A DNA stretch of 59,821 nt from Armatimonadia bacterium (lineage in GTDB: Bacteria > Armatimonadota > Zipacnadia > Zipacnadales > UBA11051): the NCBI GenBank assembly GCA_039683575.1, contig JBDKRC010000162.1:1-59821 (forward strand), read 5' to 3'. The notes under the pieces were generated by a model, which was not told where the DNA came from, made no database searches, and saw nothing but the letters and a program-made list of their open reading frames with translations. This document shows, in pieces, positions 1 through 9,116 of the stretch; the stretch's first letter is position 1; each line of letters starts with the position of its first letter. A program made the position numbers and the translations under genes.

Positions 1-17
1 CCCTTCAGTTCGCCGAA

Positions 18-66
18 GGGACATTTCTACTTTGCACAAGAGGGACATTACTACTTGGCAGCGACA
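18..66. mobile_element. Terminus of an IS element (ISNCY/IS1202- or IS481-like); element body lies left of the window
   Basis: Two 19-bp direct repeats at 24-bp period (GGGACATTTCTACTTTGCA 18-36, GGGACATTACTACTTGGCA 42-60), followed by ...GCGACA (TGT terminus on the minus strand). This is the layout of repeated transposase-binding sites in these IS ends. Confidence 0.7.
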
Positions 67-144
67 CGAAGTCGCCCCCTTTCTTGCCCTTCTCACCCCC
101 GCTGTGGTACACTGACGCGACTACACCCGACGCGGTCTTTCCCC

Positions 145-828
145 ATGCGTATTCTGAAAATCGGCAGCCTGGCCTTCATCACCGGGTTCTCCGGGGCGAT
201 GATGCCGGGGCCACTTCTGGCGCTTACCATCGGACAGGTTACCGCAGCGGGCTTCGCCGCAGCGATGTGGTTGGTACTGGGACATGCGCTGTTGGAACTG
301 GTGCTACTGCTGCTCCTGATCATGGGATTGCGGGTAGTGCTGGCGCAGGCGAAAGTTCGTGGGTTCATTGGTTTGATCGGCGGGGCGGCCCTGCTCTATA
401 TGGGAATAACGATGTTGCGCAGCGCCGCGACGGTCGAGGCGGGGATGCAGGGGGCGTTGGCGGTGTCGAACGGGCAACTGGTACTGGTGGGGGCCGCCGT
501 TAGTCTGGCAAATCCCTACTTCACGGGCTGGTGGGCGACCGTCGGCGTGGGGCAACTCGCGCAGATGGCGCCCCAGAACAACCGCGAGTACCTGACCTTC
601 TATGCCGGTCATGAGCTCTCCGACTTCCTGTGGTATGCCTTCGTCGCGCTGATGGTAGTGGTGGCGAAGGAGTTCCTGCAGGGGGCGTGGTACCACTGGC
701 TGGTGGGGCTGTGTGGCGCAGTGGTGGCCTTGCTGGCGTTGTGGTTCCTTTATAGCGGTGTACTATTAACCTTCAACCTCCGGCGGCCTATGAAGCCGGA
801 GTCTGCGGATCGAACGACTGAGGAGTGA
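145..828 (+). CDS. LysE family translocator
   Basis: FSGAMMPGP N-terminal motif, GHALLE, SLANPYF..WW, about 6 TM helices; ATG at 145 chosen over the ORF-track start. Confidence 0.85.
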   Translation: MRILKIGSLAFITGFSGAMMPGPLLALTIGQVTAAGFAAAMWLVLGHALLELVLLLLLIMGLRVVLAQAKVRGFIGLIGGAALLYMGITMLRSAATVEAGMQGALAVSNGQLVLVGAAVSLANPYFTGWWATVGVGQLAQMAPQNNREYLTFYAGHELSDFLWYAFVALMVVVAKEFLQGAWYHWLVGLCGAVVALLALWFLYSGVLLTFNLRRPMKPESADRTTEE

Positions 829-834
829 CTAACC

Positions 835-1713
835 GTGCCTGAACTTCGCATTGGACTGCCCAAAGGCAGCTTGCAGGACGCAACCATTGCCATGTTCGAG
901 AAGGCGGGCTTCCGCATCTCGGTGGATGAGCGCCAGTACAAGCCGCATATTGACGACGAAGACCTCTGGAGCGTATTGCTGCGCGCCCAGGAGATGCCCT
1001 CTTACGTGGCCGACGGCGTACTCGACTGTGGCCTGACCGGTCTGGACTGGATCAAGGAACGCGGCGTCGAGGACAGCATTGTCGAGGTGGCCGACCTCGT
1101 CTACGCCAAGCGCGGGATGCGACCCTACAAGTGGGTGCTCGCGGTAGCTGAGGATGCACCCTACCAGACAGTCAAGGACCTGCAGGGCAAGCGCATCGCC
1201 ACTGAACTGACCCATGCGGCCGAGCAGTACCTATGGCAGAATGGCGTCACGGCCACCGTTGAGTACTCATGGGGCGCCACCGAGGCCAAGTGCCCGTCAC
1301 TGGTGGATGCCATCATCGAGGGTACCGAGACCGGCAGCACCATCCGTGCCAACAACCTGCGTGTAATTGATACCCTGTTTGAGTCCACTACCAAGTTCAT
1401 CGCGAACAAGGAAGCATGGGCGGACCCCTGGAAGCGGCAGAAGATCGAGAACATCGCTTTGCTTTTGCGGGGTGCGCTGGCGGCTGAAGAGAAGGTCGGC
1501 CTGAAGATGAACTCCCACCGGGACACGATCGAGGCAGTCATTGCCCAGCTTCCGGCGCTGAAGAATCCGACAGTGTCGCCGCTGGCGGATGGGGAGTGGG
1601 TGGCCGTTGAGACGATCGTGGACAAGCGGATCGTCAGGGACCTGATCCTTCGGCTCAAGGATGCCGGGGCGCAGGGGATCATCGAGTATCCGCTGAACAA
1701 GATCATATTGTAG
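835..1713 (+). CDS. hisG: ATP phosphoribosyltransferase (long form with C-terminal regulatory domain)
   Basis: LPKGSL, LRAQEMP, GLTGLDW, SWGATE, TGSTIRAN, PTVSPL, GAQGIIEYPLNK motifs; GTG start with GAGGAG RBS. Confidence 0.97.
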   Translation: MPELRIGLPKGSLQDATIAMFEKAGFRISVDERQYKPHIDDEDLWSVLLRAQEMPSYVADGVLDCGLTGLDWIKERGVEDSIVEVADLVYAKRGMRPYKWVLAVAEDAPYQTVKDLQGKRIATELTHAAEQYLWQNGVTATVEYSWGATEAKCPSLVDAIIEGTETGSTIRANNLRVIDTLFESTTKFIANKEAWADPWKRQKIENIALLLRGALAAEEKVGLKMNSHRDTIEAVIAQLPALKNPTVSPLADGEWVAVETIVDKRIVRDLILRLKDAGAQGIIEYPLNKIIL

Positions 1714-1731
1714 AATTCGCCGATATGCGCT

Positions 1732-1758
1732 AAAGCCGCCGGGATACCGGCGGCTTTT
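1732..1758 (+). terminator. Intrinsic terminator after hisG
   Basis: AAAGCCGCCGG-gata-CCGGCGGCTTTT. Confidence 0.8.
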
Positions 1759-1811
1759 GTCGCCTTGGCTGACAGAATAGAGGGAACTCTCGGAGGCTTC
1801 CGAGCCTTTTC

Positions 1812-1840
1812 TTGACAGGTGAAGGGTCGGGTACTACAAT
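1812..1840 (+). promoter_or_regulatory. sigma70-type promoter
   Basis: TTGACA-N17-TACAAT. Confidence 0.75.
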
Positions 1841-1940
1841 CAACAGTAGCTGTACAAGTTTTGCCGCATAAACTCTGACAAATCCTCCCATCACATATCC
1901 TGTTGGTCCCTATCCCTCCCTGCGAAGGGTGGAGCGCACC

Positions 1941-3332
1941 ATGGTTCTTTGTCCCAACTGCAACGCCCGCAATGCCAACCACAGCGCTTTTTGCATCCGC
2001 TGTGGAGCCACTTTCGCGAGTGCCTCTCCGCGTGAAGTGCTGTCGGGTACCGATGCCTTTACAGTGCAGCCCGAACACACGCCCGAGGGCTTGGTGGACC
2101 GCGCCGCCTCGCATCTGGCAGAGGGCCGCGCGCAGGCAGCGGTAGACGACTGCAAGCGCGCGGTAGCACTGTCGCCTGGTGAAGTCCAGGCGTACGCAGT
2201 CATGGCCATGGCGTATGAGCAACTGGGCGAGGTCGAGCCGGCGCTCGAAGCCTACGAGACTGTTGTGACGCTCGCGCCTGAGCGCACCGCGGAGCGCCAG
2301 AAAGCTTCCCTGCTGCGACTGCGGCTGGGGCAGCAGCCACCGGCGCCGACCCTGACGCGGCGGGCAGCGACGACCGTCCCGGTGTGGCAGGTGGCGTACG
2401 ACTGGGTACGGGCGAAGGTGCAGACCAACCCGCCACTCTACGCCGGAATCGCTTCCGGATTAGTGGTGTTCATGTTTGGCGCTCTGCTGCTGGTGCAGAC
2501 GAGCCACGCGCAGGCGGCGCGCGAAGTGCAGGCGCGCTATGATCAGGAAGTGCGATTGGCGGACGAAGCCTTTGCCGCGCAACGGTATGCCGAGGCGACG
2601 ATACATTACAACGCTGCGTACCAGTTGAAGAAGAATGATCAGCAACTACAGGCCAAGTGGCGGCAGGCTTACGACCTTTCCCTGCAGCCGGTAGCCCAGG
2701 CGGAGCAGCCGCTTCCGGGCCAGGTGGCACAGTACATTCCCAATCCCACGGGACCAAATCCATTTGCGCCCGTGCCTATTGGCGGCCCGGCGATCGCGCC
2801 GCCGGCAGCGACGCCCGGTGCCGCCGAAGGAGCCCTGGCAGGGACGGGAATGCAGGTGCCATCCGTGCCAGTTCCGTCACCGACCGCGACTCGTCCGCCC
2901 TCGATTGACGTGGTGCGGGACAAGGCGCGCACAGTAACCAGCACGCCTTCGACGTTGCCGAGCGGGCGTCCGCGGTACTCCACCACTCCTCGCAACCCCA
3001 TTAGCGCCGTGCCTCAGAAGCAAGAGCCAAAGGCACCGGCTCCTGCCGCTACTGACACGACACCGAAGACCCCCAAGAGTGAGATCACGATCTGGGTCAG
3101 TGACCAGGCTCCTGCCCGCCGGCCTGCCGCCGAGCCGCGTCCGCAGCAGCCCGACCCGCAGTCGCTGCGAGCTCAGGGCGAGCGTCTGGCACGTGAGGGG
3201 CGACGGGATGACGCCATCCAGCATTTGCAGAGCGCGGCCTCCGGGTTTGACGCCCGTGGCGATGCGACTTCAGCCCGCGCCGCCGCAACCTGCCGCGCTC
3301 AGATTGAAGTCCTGCGCAACAGCAACCAGTAG
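1941..3332 (+). CDS. Zinc-ribbon + TPR membrane protein with Pro-rich linker
   Basis: CPNC..FCIRCG ribbon, TPR helices, one TM (IASGLVVFMFGALLLV), further TPR-like helices and a Pro/Thr-rich segment; GGAG RBS before ATG 1941. Confidence 0.75.
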   Translation: MVLCPNCNARNANHSAFCIRCGATFASASPREVLSGTDAFTVQPEHTPEGLVDRAASHLAEGRAQAAVDDCKRAVALSPGEVQAYAVMAMAYEQLGEVEPALEAYETVVTLAPERTAERQKASLLRLRLGQQPPAPTLTRRAATTVPVWQVAYDWVRAKVQTNPPLYAGIASGLVVFMFGALLLVQTSHAQAAREVQARYDQEVRLADEAFAAQRYAEATIHYNAAYQLKKNDQQLQAKWRQAYDLSLQPVAQAEQPLPGQVAQYIPNPTGPNPFAPVPIGGPAIAPPAATPGAAEGALAGTGMQVPSVPVPSPTATRPPSIDVVRDKARTVTSTPSTLPSGRPRYSTTPRNPISAVPQKQEPKAPAPAATDTTPKTPKSEITIWVSDQAPARRPAAEPRPQQPDPQSLRAQGERLAREGRRDDAIQHLQSAASGFDARGDATSARAAATCRAQIEVLRNSNQ

Positions 3333-3342
3333 GTGAAGCGCC

Positions 3343-5289
3343 GTGAGCAGGTTCCCGGGGATTATGCTCCTCGCCGTGCTGGCCATGCCGCTCAGCGCTC
3401 AGGCTGAGGGGCCGCGGCCAGTTGGCCTCATTGTTGACGCCTCGAACGTTATCAACCCCATTCCCTTCGTTCGGTTTGTTGACGTGATGGTTGAAACGCT
3501 GGCGGCTTCGCGCAAGTGGGAGCCGACCGTTCTGACGGCCGATTCGCCACTGGTGAGGATCAGCGGTGCGGCGTGGCCGTCGGGTACCGTCGGTCTGCCT
3601 GCTCTGGAGGCGACCCTGAAGGGACTCCTGGATACAACACGGCTGAGCGATGTGATAGTAGTGATCCCGCAGCCGTCGCGCGCCAGCGCCGTTGAGGTGC
3701 TCTGGCTGCAAACCGGGCAAGCCGGCATCAGGCAGGTCAGTCTGACCGCCCCCGGAGGCGGGGACGCCGCGTATAGCGCACTTTCCAAGCAACTCGTGGC
3801 GAAGTTGGACGAGGGCTTCAGTGCGGCGGCGATAGCCGCACTGCCCCCTACGGCAGCCCCCGTTCCGGCGCCGGTGACGACGCCCGCCCCGGTCCCGGTC
3901 ACGCCGCCTGCAGCGCCGACGGACGTGCCTGCGGCCCCGGCCGCCGCTCCCGCTCCGTCCAGCGAAGCGGTAGCGGTGAAGCCGCCCACCGCCGTTGCAG
4001 CCGCGCCGGCGGCCCCGCCACAGCCTGTAGAGACCGCTCCGGCGGCTCCGACCGCACTGCCGACTCCGGCAGTGACGCCGAGCACTCCCGCCCCGACGAG
4101 CAGCAAACCTGAGACACAGACCACGCCTATAGCCCCCGAAACGGCCCCGCCTACGACACCCGTTCCGCCTCAACCTGCAGCGCCATCTCCGGCCCAACCC
4201 GGCGTGCCTGCCACGCCTCCTGCTGCCCCCGTTGCTGCGGCTGAGAAGCCCGTGGCACCCGAGACGCCTGCGCAGCCCAAAGCGCTGTCGCCGTATTTCG
4301 CCGCGGCGGAGAAGTGGCTGGCGGAGCGGGAGTTCAAGAAGGTTGAGCAGGCCCTGATGGATGCGGAGGACGCGGGTGACCCTCGGGCCAAGGTCTTTTA
4401 CCTGTGGGCGCAGCTTGAGGGCGCACGACAGAATCTGGCGGCGGAGCGTAGCTGGCTGGAGCGGACAGTGAGTGCGGATCCCTCGATCATGCCTGCGCAC
4501 CTGCGGCTGGCGGAACTGCTTCGGGGCGCCGGCCTGTGGCGCAAGGCCGTGGACGAGTACCAGATCGTGCTCAAAGCGGAACCGAAGAACCTGCACGCCT
4601 ACGTCGGTCTGTCGGCCCTGTATGCCTCACAGTCACAACCGAAGCGGGCGGCGGAGATACTGGCGCAGGCCGTAGTGCACTATCCCAATGACGTGAGCCT
4701 CTACCTGCGGATGGGCGATCTGCACAGCCAGCGGCGGGCACTCCCCGAGGCCGAGGAAGCCTATGACAAGGCTGCGCGGCTCTCAGAGGGGGTAGCGCGG
4801 GCAGATGCTCTCGAGCGCCTGGGTGACCTCTATGTCACGGCAGATCGTCACCATGAGGGGTTCGTCTGTTACGCCGAAGCGTCCAAGTTGCGCGCGGGCG
4901 AGACGTCATCGCTGACCGAGAAGCGCTACCAACAGATGATGGCGACCGCAGACTCCGCTTTGATTAGCTCGCTTCAGGCGGCCAATGAGGCCTTGCGGTC
5001 GTACCTCATCGGCAAAGGCGTGGTTCGCGAGGAAGCTTTCCAGGCTATGAGCGACTTCAACTCCGAGGCGGAGGAGGTCGTGAAGTTTGCAGACACGATA
5101 GTGCCCCCGGCCACCCTGAAGCTCATCCACGCGGAGCGCAAGCTGGCGTACAGCCTGGCCGCCGAGGCCGCGAATCATGGGCTTGAGTACCTCGACGGCG
5201 GAGACAAGGCGCATCTTGATGATTACCAGGTGCGCGTAGCCGAGGGACTGAAAAGCCTTCAGGGGTTGAGCAAGCCGAAGGGGCTGTAG
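3343..5289 (+). CDS. Exported TPR protein with long Pro/Ala/Thr-rich linker
   Basis: Signal peptide (..LSAQA), about 150-aa PAT-rich low-complexity region, multiple TPRs (AHLRLAELL, AYVGLSALY, LYLRMGDLH). Confidence 0.8.
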   Translation: MSRFPGIMLLAVLAMPLSAQAEGPRPVGLIVDASNVINPIPFVRFVDVMVETLAASRKWEPTVLTADSPLVRISGAAWPSGTVGLPALEATLKGLLDTTRLSDVIVVIPQPSRASAVEVLWLQTGQAGIRQVSLTAPGGGDAAYSALSKQLVAKLDEGFSAAAIAALPPTAAPVPAPVTTPAPVPVTPPAAPTDVPAAPAAAPAPSSEAVAVKPPTAVAAAPAAPPQPVETAPAAPTALPTPAVTPSTPAPTSSKPETQTTPIAPETAPPTTPVPPQPAAPSPAQPGVPATPPAAPVAAAEKPVAPETPAQPKALSPYFAAAEKWLAEREFKKVEQALMDAEDAGDPRAKVFYLWAQLEGARQNLAAERSWLERTVSADPSIMPAHLRLAELLRGAGLWRKAVDEYQIVLKAEPKNLHAYVGLSALYASQSQPKRAAEILAQAVVHYPNDVSLYLRMGDLHSQRRALPEAEEAYDKAARLSEGVARADALERLGDLYVTADRHHEGFVCYAEASKLRAGETSSLTEKRYQQMMATADSALISSLQAANEALRSYLIGKGVVREEAFQAMSDFNSEAEEVVKFADTIVPPATLKLIHAERKLAYSLAAEAANHGLEYLDGGDKAHLDDYQVRVAEGLKSLQGLSKPKGL

Positions 5290-5292
5290 TCG

Positions 5293-5541
5293 ATGGCTGA
5301 CCAGGGCGCAAGCGGCCTGCTGCTCGTGGGCAGGGCGGTGCTGGTGGCGGGGTTGCTCATCGCCCTATTGGGTGCAGCATTGATGGTGATGGGGCGCTAT
5401 GGCTTGCACCTGCGCCCGTTGCCGGGCGACATCGTGATCCGGCGACCGGGCCCGGTGGTGTACTTTCCGCTGGTGACCATGCTGGTCATCAGCCTGGTGG
5501 TGACGTTGATCCTACAGTTGCTGGCATATCTTCGCAGATAG
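5293..5541 (+). CDS. DUF2905 domain small membrane protein
   Basis: LPGDIVIRR..VYFPLVTMLVISL signature between two TMs. Confidence 0.85.
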   Translation: MADQGASGLLLVGRAVLVAGLLIALLGAALMVMGRYGLHLRPLPGDIVIRRPGPVVYFPLVTMLVISLVVTLILQLLAYLRR

Positions 5542-5559
5542 CAGGATCATCCGACAAAG

Positions 5560-6153
5560 GTGACACAGCGCATGTTGATGCATGAATGGCGACAATACCG
5601 CGACCGGCAGATCCACAAGGTGGTGAAAGAGGCTCGCGAGGCAGAGGAGCCGGAAGAGGAGCAGGCGGCGGAGGCCGAGGCTGAAGTGGAGGCTGTCGAA
5701 CCGCAACCTGCCAGGGCCCAGGCTGTCGAGGCGCCTGTTGAGCCCGAGATCGAGCTCGAGGACGAGCAGGACTTCGCGCTAAAGTCCGAGCCGGGCAAGC
5801 CGAAGCAGATACTGGAACGGCTGGCAGCGGGCAACTCGGAGATGCGTGACCGTCTCGAAGCCTTGCACGCGCGCCAGCAGGTCCTGCCGCTCGATGTTGA
5901 GGCGGCCGCGCAACAGGCCCCGCGGCGGCGAGGGCGGGTGGAGGAGTCGCGCGAACAGCTTGTACAGCGGTTGACTGATCCGGTGCTGTCACTGGAGGAG
6001 GCTGCGGTACTGCTGGACGTGTGCCCGACCACTGTCCGCCGCTACACCAACCGCGGCGTCTTGAAATGCTATCGCACGCCAGGCAACCAGCGCCGGTTCC
6101 GTCTCTCCGAGATCATGAGCTTCATGGAACGGAGGCAGATGGGCGAGGAGTAG
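5560..6153 (+). CDS. Protein with acidic N-region and C-terminal excisionase/MerR-like HTH (HTH_17)
   Basis: LSLEEAAVLLDVCPTTVRRYTNRGVLKCYRTPGNQRRF; start codon uncertain. Confidence 0.8.
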   Translation: MTQRMLMHEWRQYRDRQIHKVVKEAREAEEPEEEQAAEAEAEVEAVEPQPARAQAVEAPVEPEIELEDEQDFALKSEPGKPKQILERLAAGNSEMRDRLEALHARQQVLPLDVEAAAQQAPRRRGRVEESREQLVQRLTDPVLSLEEAAVLLDVCPTTVRRYTNRGVLKCYRTPGNQRRFRLSEIMSFMERRQMGEE

Positions 6154-6176
6154 CAGGTTTGTCGGGGGGTGAACTA

Positions 6177-6866
6177 TTGGACCAGCCGATCCTCCTTGTG
6201 GGCTGCCCCAGAATCCTCGAACAAGAACTGCGCCAGGACCTTCTGGGGGCGCTGCATGCCATGGCTGCGGTGCCAGACCTGCGCCAGTCGAACGTCCTGC
6301 AACTGGTGAAGGATGCCGCGCTGATAATTCTGTTCGAGCAGGCGGCGCCGCGCGACCTTCCCCAGATCTGCAATCACCTGCGCCGCCACACCCACCGTCC
6401 CCTGCTTGTCTTGCTGCGGGCTCGACGCGAGGAGATCATCACCGAGGTTCTGCGCGAGGGGGCGGATGATTGCCTCCCCCCGAACATCTCCGCCCGCGAA
6501 CTCGTCGCCCGAACCAGGGCCCACCTGCGCAGAGACCGGGAGTACTCCGCACCCGGTCAGGCCGTGCTGTATGAGGTAGGCGAGCTGCGTTTGGATGCCG
6601 TGCGGCATGAGGTGCATGTGCGGGAGCAGCAGGTCAACCTCACCCCGCGCGAATTTGAGCTTCTGGAATGCCTTGCACGTGAGGCAGGACGGGCCGTGCC
6701 CCGCGACGAACTCCTGACGAGGGTCTGGGGCTACAACAGCGGCATGAACAGTCGCACGCTTGACGTACACATCGGTCGCCTGCGGCAAAAGATCGAGCGT
6801 GAGCCTCGCGACCCGCAGATTGTGATTACTGTCCCCGGCGTTGGGTACAAGCTGGCCCAGAGTTGA
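6177..6866 (+). CDS. OmpR-family winged-helix regulator with degenerate (pseudo) receiver domain
   Basis: C-terminal LTPREFELL..RDELLTRVWG..SRTLDVHIGRLRQKIE..TVPGVGY; receiver lacks the conserved Asp and Lys; TTG start inferred after a GGGGGT RBS. Confidence 0.85.
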   Translation: MDQPILLVGCPRILEQELRQDLLGALHAMAAVPDLRQSNVLQLVKDAALIILFEQAAPRDLPQICNHLRRHTHRPLLVLLRARREEIITEVLREGADDCLPPNISARELVARTRAHLRRDREYSAPGQAVLYEVGELRLDAVRHEVHVREQQVNLTPREFELLECLAREAGRAVPRDELLTRVWGYNSGMNSRTLDVHIGRLRQKIEREPRDPQIVITVPGVGYKLAQS

Positions 6867-6902
6867 CCGGGCCAGCCCGCGCCGGGCTGGTCTGGGATAC
6901 TG

Positions 6903-8009
6903 ATGATAGAACTCGAACCAATCCTCCTGCAGATACCACTCCCCCGGCCCCGCCGGGTCTTCCCCCATTCGCAGCCGGTCGAATCACTGCCTGTCTGCCT
7001 CGTCCGCGTGGACGACGGCCAGAACGTTTCCCATGGCGAAGCACTGGTGCTGGAGGTCGAGAGCCTGCCGGCGGCCGTGGATTTGTTCGCCGACGCTCTG
7101 GCGAACAGCGACGCCCGTGACTTCGGCCTCGTCTGGCAGCGCATGGTTGGGCTGCTCAAGGAGTACGAGCCCGCCCCGCCGGGGGACTACAGTGCCGTCA
7201 TGGGGGCCATAGACATGGCCCTGTGGGACCTGGCAGGAAGGGCGCTGAACGTGCCCTGCTACGCCCTGGCTGGCGGCGCGCGCGCGCAACAGGTCGACTG
7301 CTACGCCGGTGGCCTGTATGTTGATGACCCTGAGCTGGCCGCAAAGGCGAAGCAACTGCGGCAGAAGTTCGGCGCGATCCAGTTGACGCTCACCGGCGAC
7401 AAAGAGGCAGACCTTGCGGCGGTGAAGTCGGTGCGCCGGGTGATTGGCGATGAGGCGCCGCTACTGGTGGATGCCGACGGTCGCTATGAAGATCCCGAGG
7501 TTGCGCTGGCAGTAGGGCAGGCGCTGGAGCAAGCGGAGGTGTACTGGTATCAGGAGCCGCTGCCGACCGGGCGGTGGGATGAGTACGCAAAACTACGCCC
7601 GGCAATCGGGCCGGCGCTGGCGGCGGACAAGCGGGTCTTTGGGCTGAAGTCGTTCGAGCGGGCCCTGCATGCTCGGGCGCTGGATGCCGTGGTTGCCGAT
7701 CTGCGGCTGTGTGGCGGCATGTCGGGCGGCCAGCGCCTTGCAGAGCTGTCATGGCTGCATGAGGCGCGGCTGAGCTTCCACAACGCGCTGTCGCCGCTCG
7801 CCCAGGTAGCCGCGGTGCATCTGGCGGTGGCTCACTGGCATGTCGGGCCCCTGCAGATCGAGCCGGACAGCCCGGTAACAGGGCTCACTGATCCGGCGCC
7901 AACGCTCAAGGATGGGTTTCTACGCCTGCCCGAGGGAAAAGGTCTGGGCGTGCAGGTGAGTGACAAGTTCGTGGAGCTCTACCGGGTGGAGTTGCCAGAG
8001 TATGGGTGA
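6903..8009 (+). CDS. Mandelate racemase/muconate lactonizing enzyme (enolase superfamily) protein, atypical active site
   Basis: AIDMALWDLAGRALNVPCY.LAGG, LLVDAD, YQEPL, LPEGKGLGV. Confidence 0.85.
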   Translation: MIELEPILLQIPLPRPRRVFPHSQPVESLPVCLVRVDDGQNVSHGEALVLEVESLPAAVDLFADALANSDARDFGLVWQRMVGLLKEYEPAPPGDYSAVMGAIDMALWDLAGRALNVPCYALAGGARAQQVDCYAGGLYVDDPELAAKAKQLRQKFGAIQLTLTGDKEADLAAVKSVRRVIGDEAPLLVDADGRYEDPEVALAVGQALEQAEVYWYQEPLPTGRWDEYAKLRPAIGPALAADKRVFGLKSFERALHARALDAVVADLRLCGGMSGGQRLAELSWLHEARLSFHNALSPLAQVAAVHLAVAHWHVGPLQIEPDSPVTGLTDPAPTLKDGFLRLPEGKGLGVQVSDKFVELYRVELPEYG

Positions 8010-9105
8010 TCTGCGCGAGCGCATCCAGGCGGCCCATGAGAAGCTCGAGCGGCTGACGCTGGAAGTGTGCGGCGCCTGCACTCAGAACTGCTGTCACCAG
8101 GGCACTATGATGGGCTCGCAGGGCCTGCGGCGGCTCTACAAGGGCATACTCATGGACTCGCAGTTCGGCGAACGCCTGCGTCAGGGGCTGACCTTGCGTC
8201 GCGAGGAGGTCGAGCAGGACCTGCAGGTGGCTGAGCGGGTGGCGGGGCTGCTGCGCGCGTCGCTCTCGACCGAAGAGGACACGGAGGGGCTGAAGGAACT
8301 GGAGACGCGCCTGCGGGACATGCGCGAGTTCGTGGAGTACATGGGAACAGACTACCCCCTGACCGCCGAGGGGATGAGCCGACTGCTGCTCTACAGCGCC
8401 GTGCGGTCCAACCTGCTGCGCTGCCTGAGGCAGTTCCCCGGCGGCGAAGCGGCACTGGCAACCCTTTCGCAGGGACGCTCGAGCTTCAAGTTCCGCGGGC
8501 GCAAAATCGCCCCGCCACGCTGCGTTTTCCACCACGAGGCCTGTCTGGCCGAGGCCTGGAAGCCTATCAAGTGCGCCAACTTCTTCTGCGCGAGCGACCC
8601 CAACCTGCTGGCCCGCTGCCGGGCCGAGATGAGCTTTGACGAATTCGTCCTGGCCAACATCCGCCTGACTAACCCAGAGTGCGTTCAGCAGCTCGTGGAG
8701 CTTGAGAACCAACTGGGTAAGGCATACTGGGAACCCAAGATCATCATTGGCCCGGAACCGGAATGGGAGCAGTTCTCCGAGAAGATCATTGGAATGGTTA
8801 CGAGCAGCCGCCAGGCGCAGGTGCGCCGCGAGCCAGGCCGCTTCATGAAGGCTACCCGGGAACTGCTGGATGAGATCGGCGCTCTGCAGGAGGACCAGTG
8901 CGTCATCCACACGTGCGCCAGTATTGACGGCGCCGCGCTCTACGAGCTCGCTGTGGCCATGGAGCGGGCCCGGAGCGCCGATTGGCATGGCGGCTTCTTC
9001 GTCCTTTGTCGTGAACTGGCGGATCGCAGCTTCATGCCCCACCCGCTGTGGGAGGACGAGATGATCAGCCAGCCGCTCGGAGGTCTGGAAGTCTACTTGC
9101 TGTAG
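8002..9105 (+). CDS. Cys-cluster protein (YkgJ/CxxCxxxCC-like, putative Zn or Fe-S binding)
   Basis: CGACTQNCC ... CVFHHEAC..KPIKCANFFC; ATG overlaps the upstream stop. Confidence 0.6.
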   Translation: MGDLRERIQAAHEKLERLTLEVCGACTQNCCHQGTMMGSQGLRRLYKGILMDSQFGERLRQGLTLRREEVEQDLQVAERVAGLLRASLSTEEDTEGLKELETRLRDMREFVEYMGTDYPLTAEGMSRLLLYSAVRSNLLRCLRQFPGGEAALATLSQGRSSFKFRGRKIAPPRCVFHHEACLAEAWKPIKCANFFCASDPNLLARCRAEMSFDEFVLANIRLTNPECVQQLVELENQLGKAYWEPKIIIGPEPEWEQFSEKIIGMVTSSRQAQVRREPGRFMKATRELLDEIGALQEDQCVIHTCASIDGAALYELAVAMERARSADWHGGFFVLCRELADRSFMPHPLWEDEMISQPLGGLEVYLL

Positions 9106-9116
9106 AGCGCGCCAGA

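Noticed and set aside
3097-4596. 499-aa minus-strand ORF, and similar long shadow ORFs such as 20360-21892(+), 7906-9156(-) and 44349-45533(-)
   Set aside because: They are antisense to well-supported genes, have no motifs, and are expected in high-GC DNA.
5560-6153. HTH_17 gene as an excisionase marking a prophage or ICE
   Set aside because: No integrase, att site or phage genes nearby; it is embedded in a chromosomal operon.
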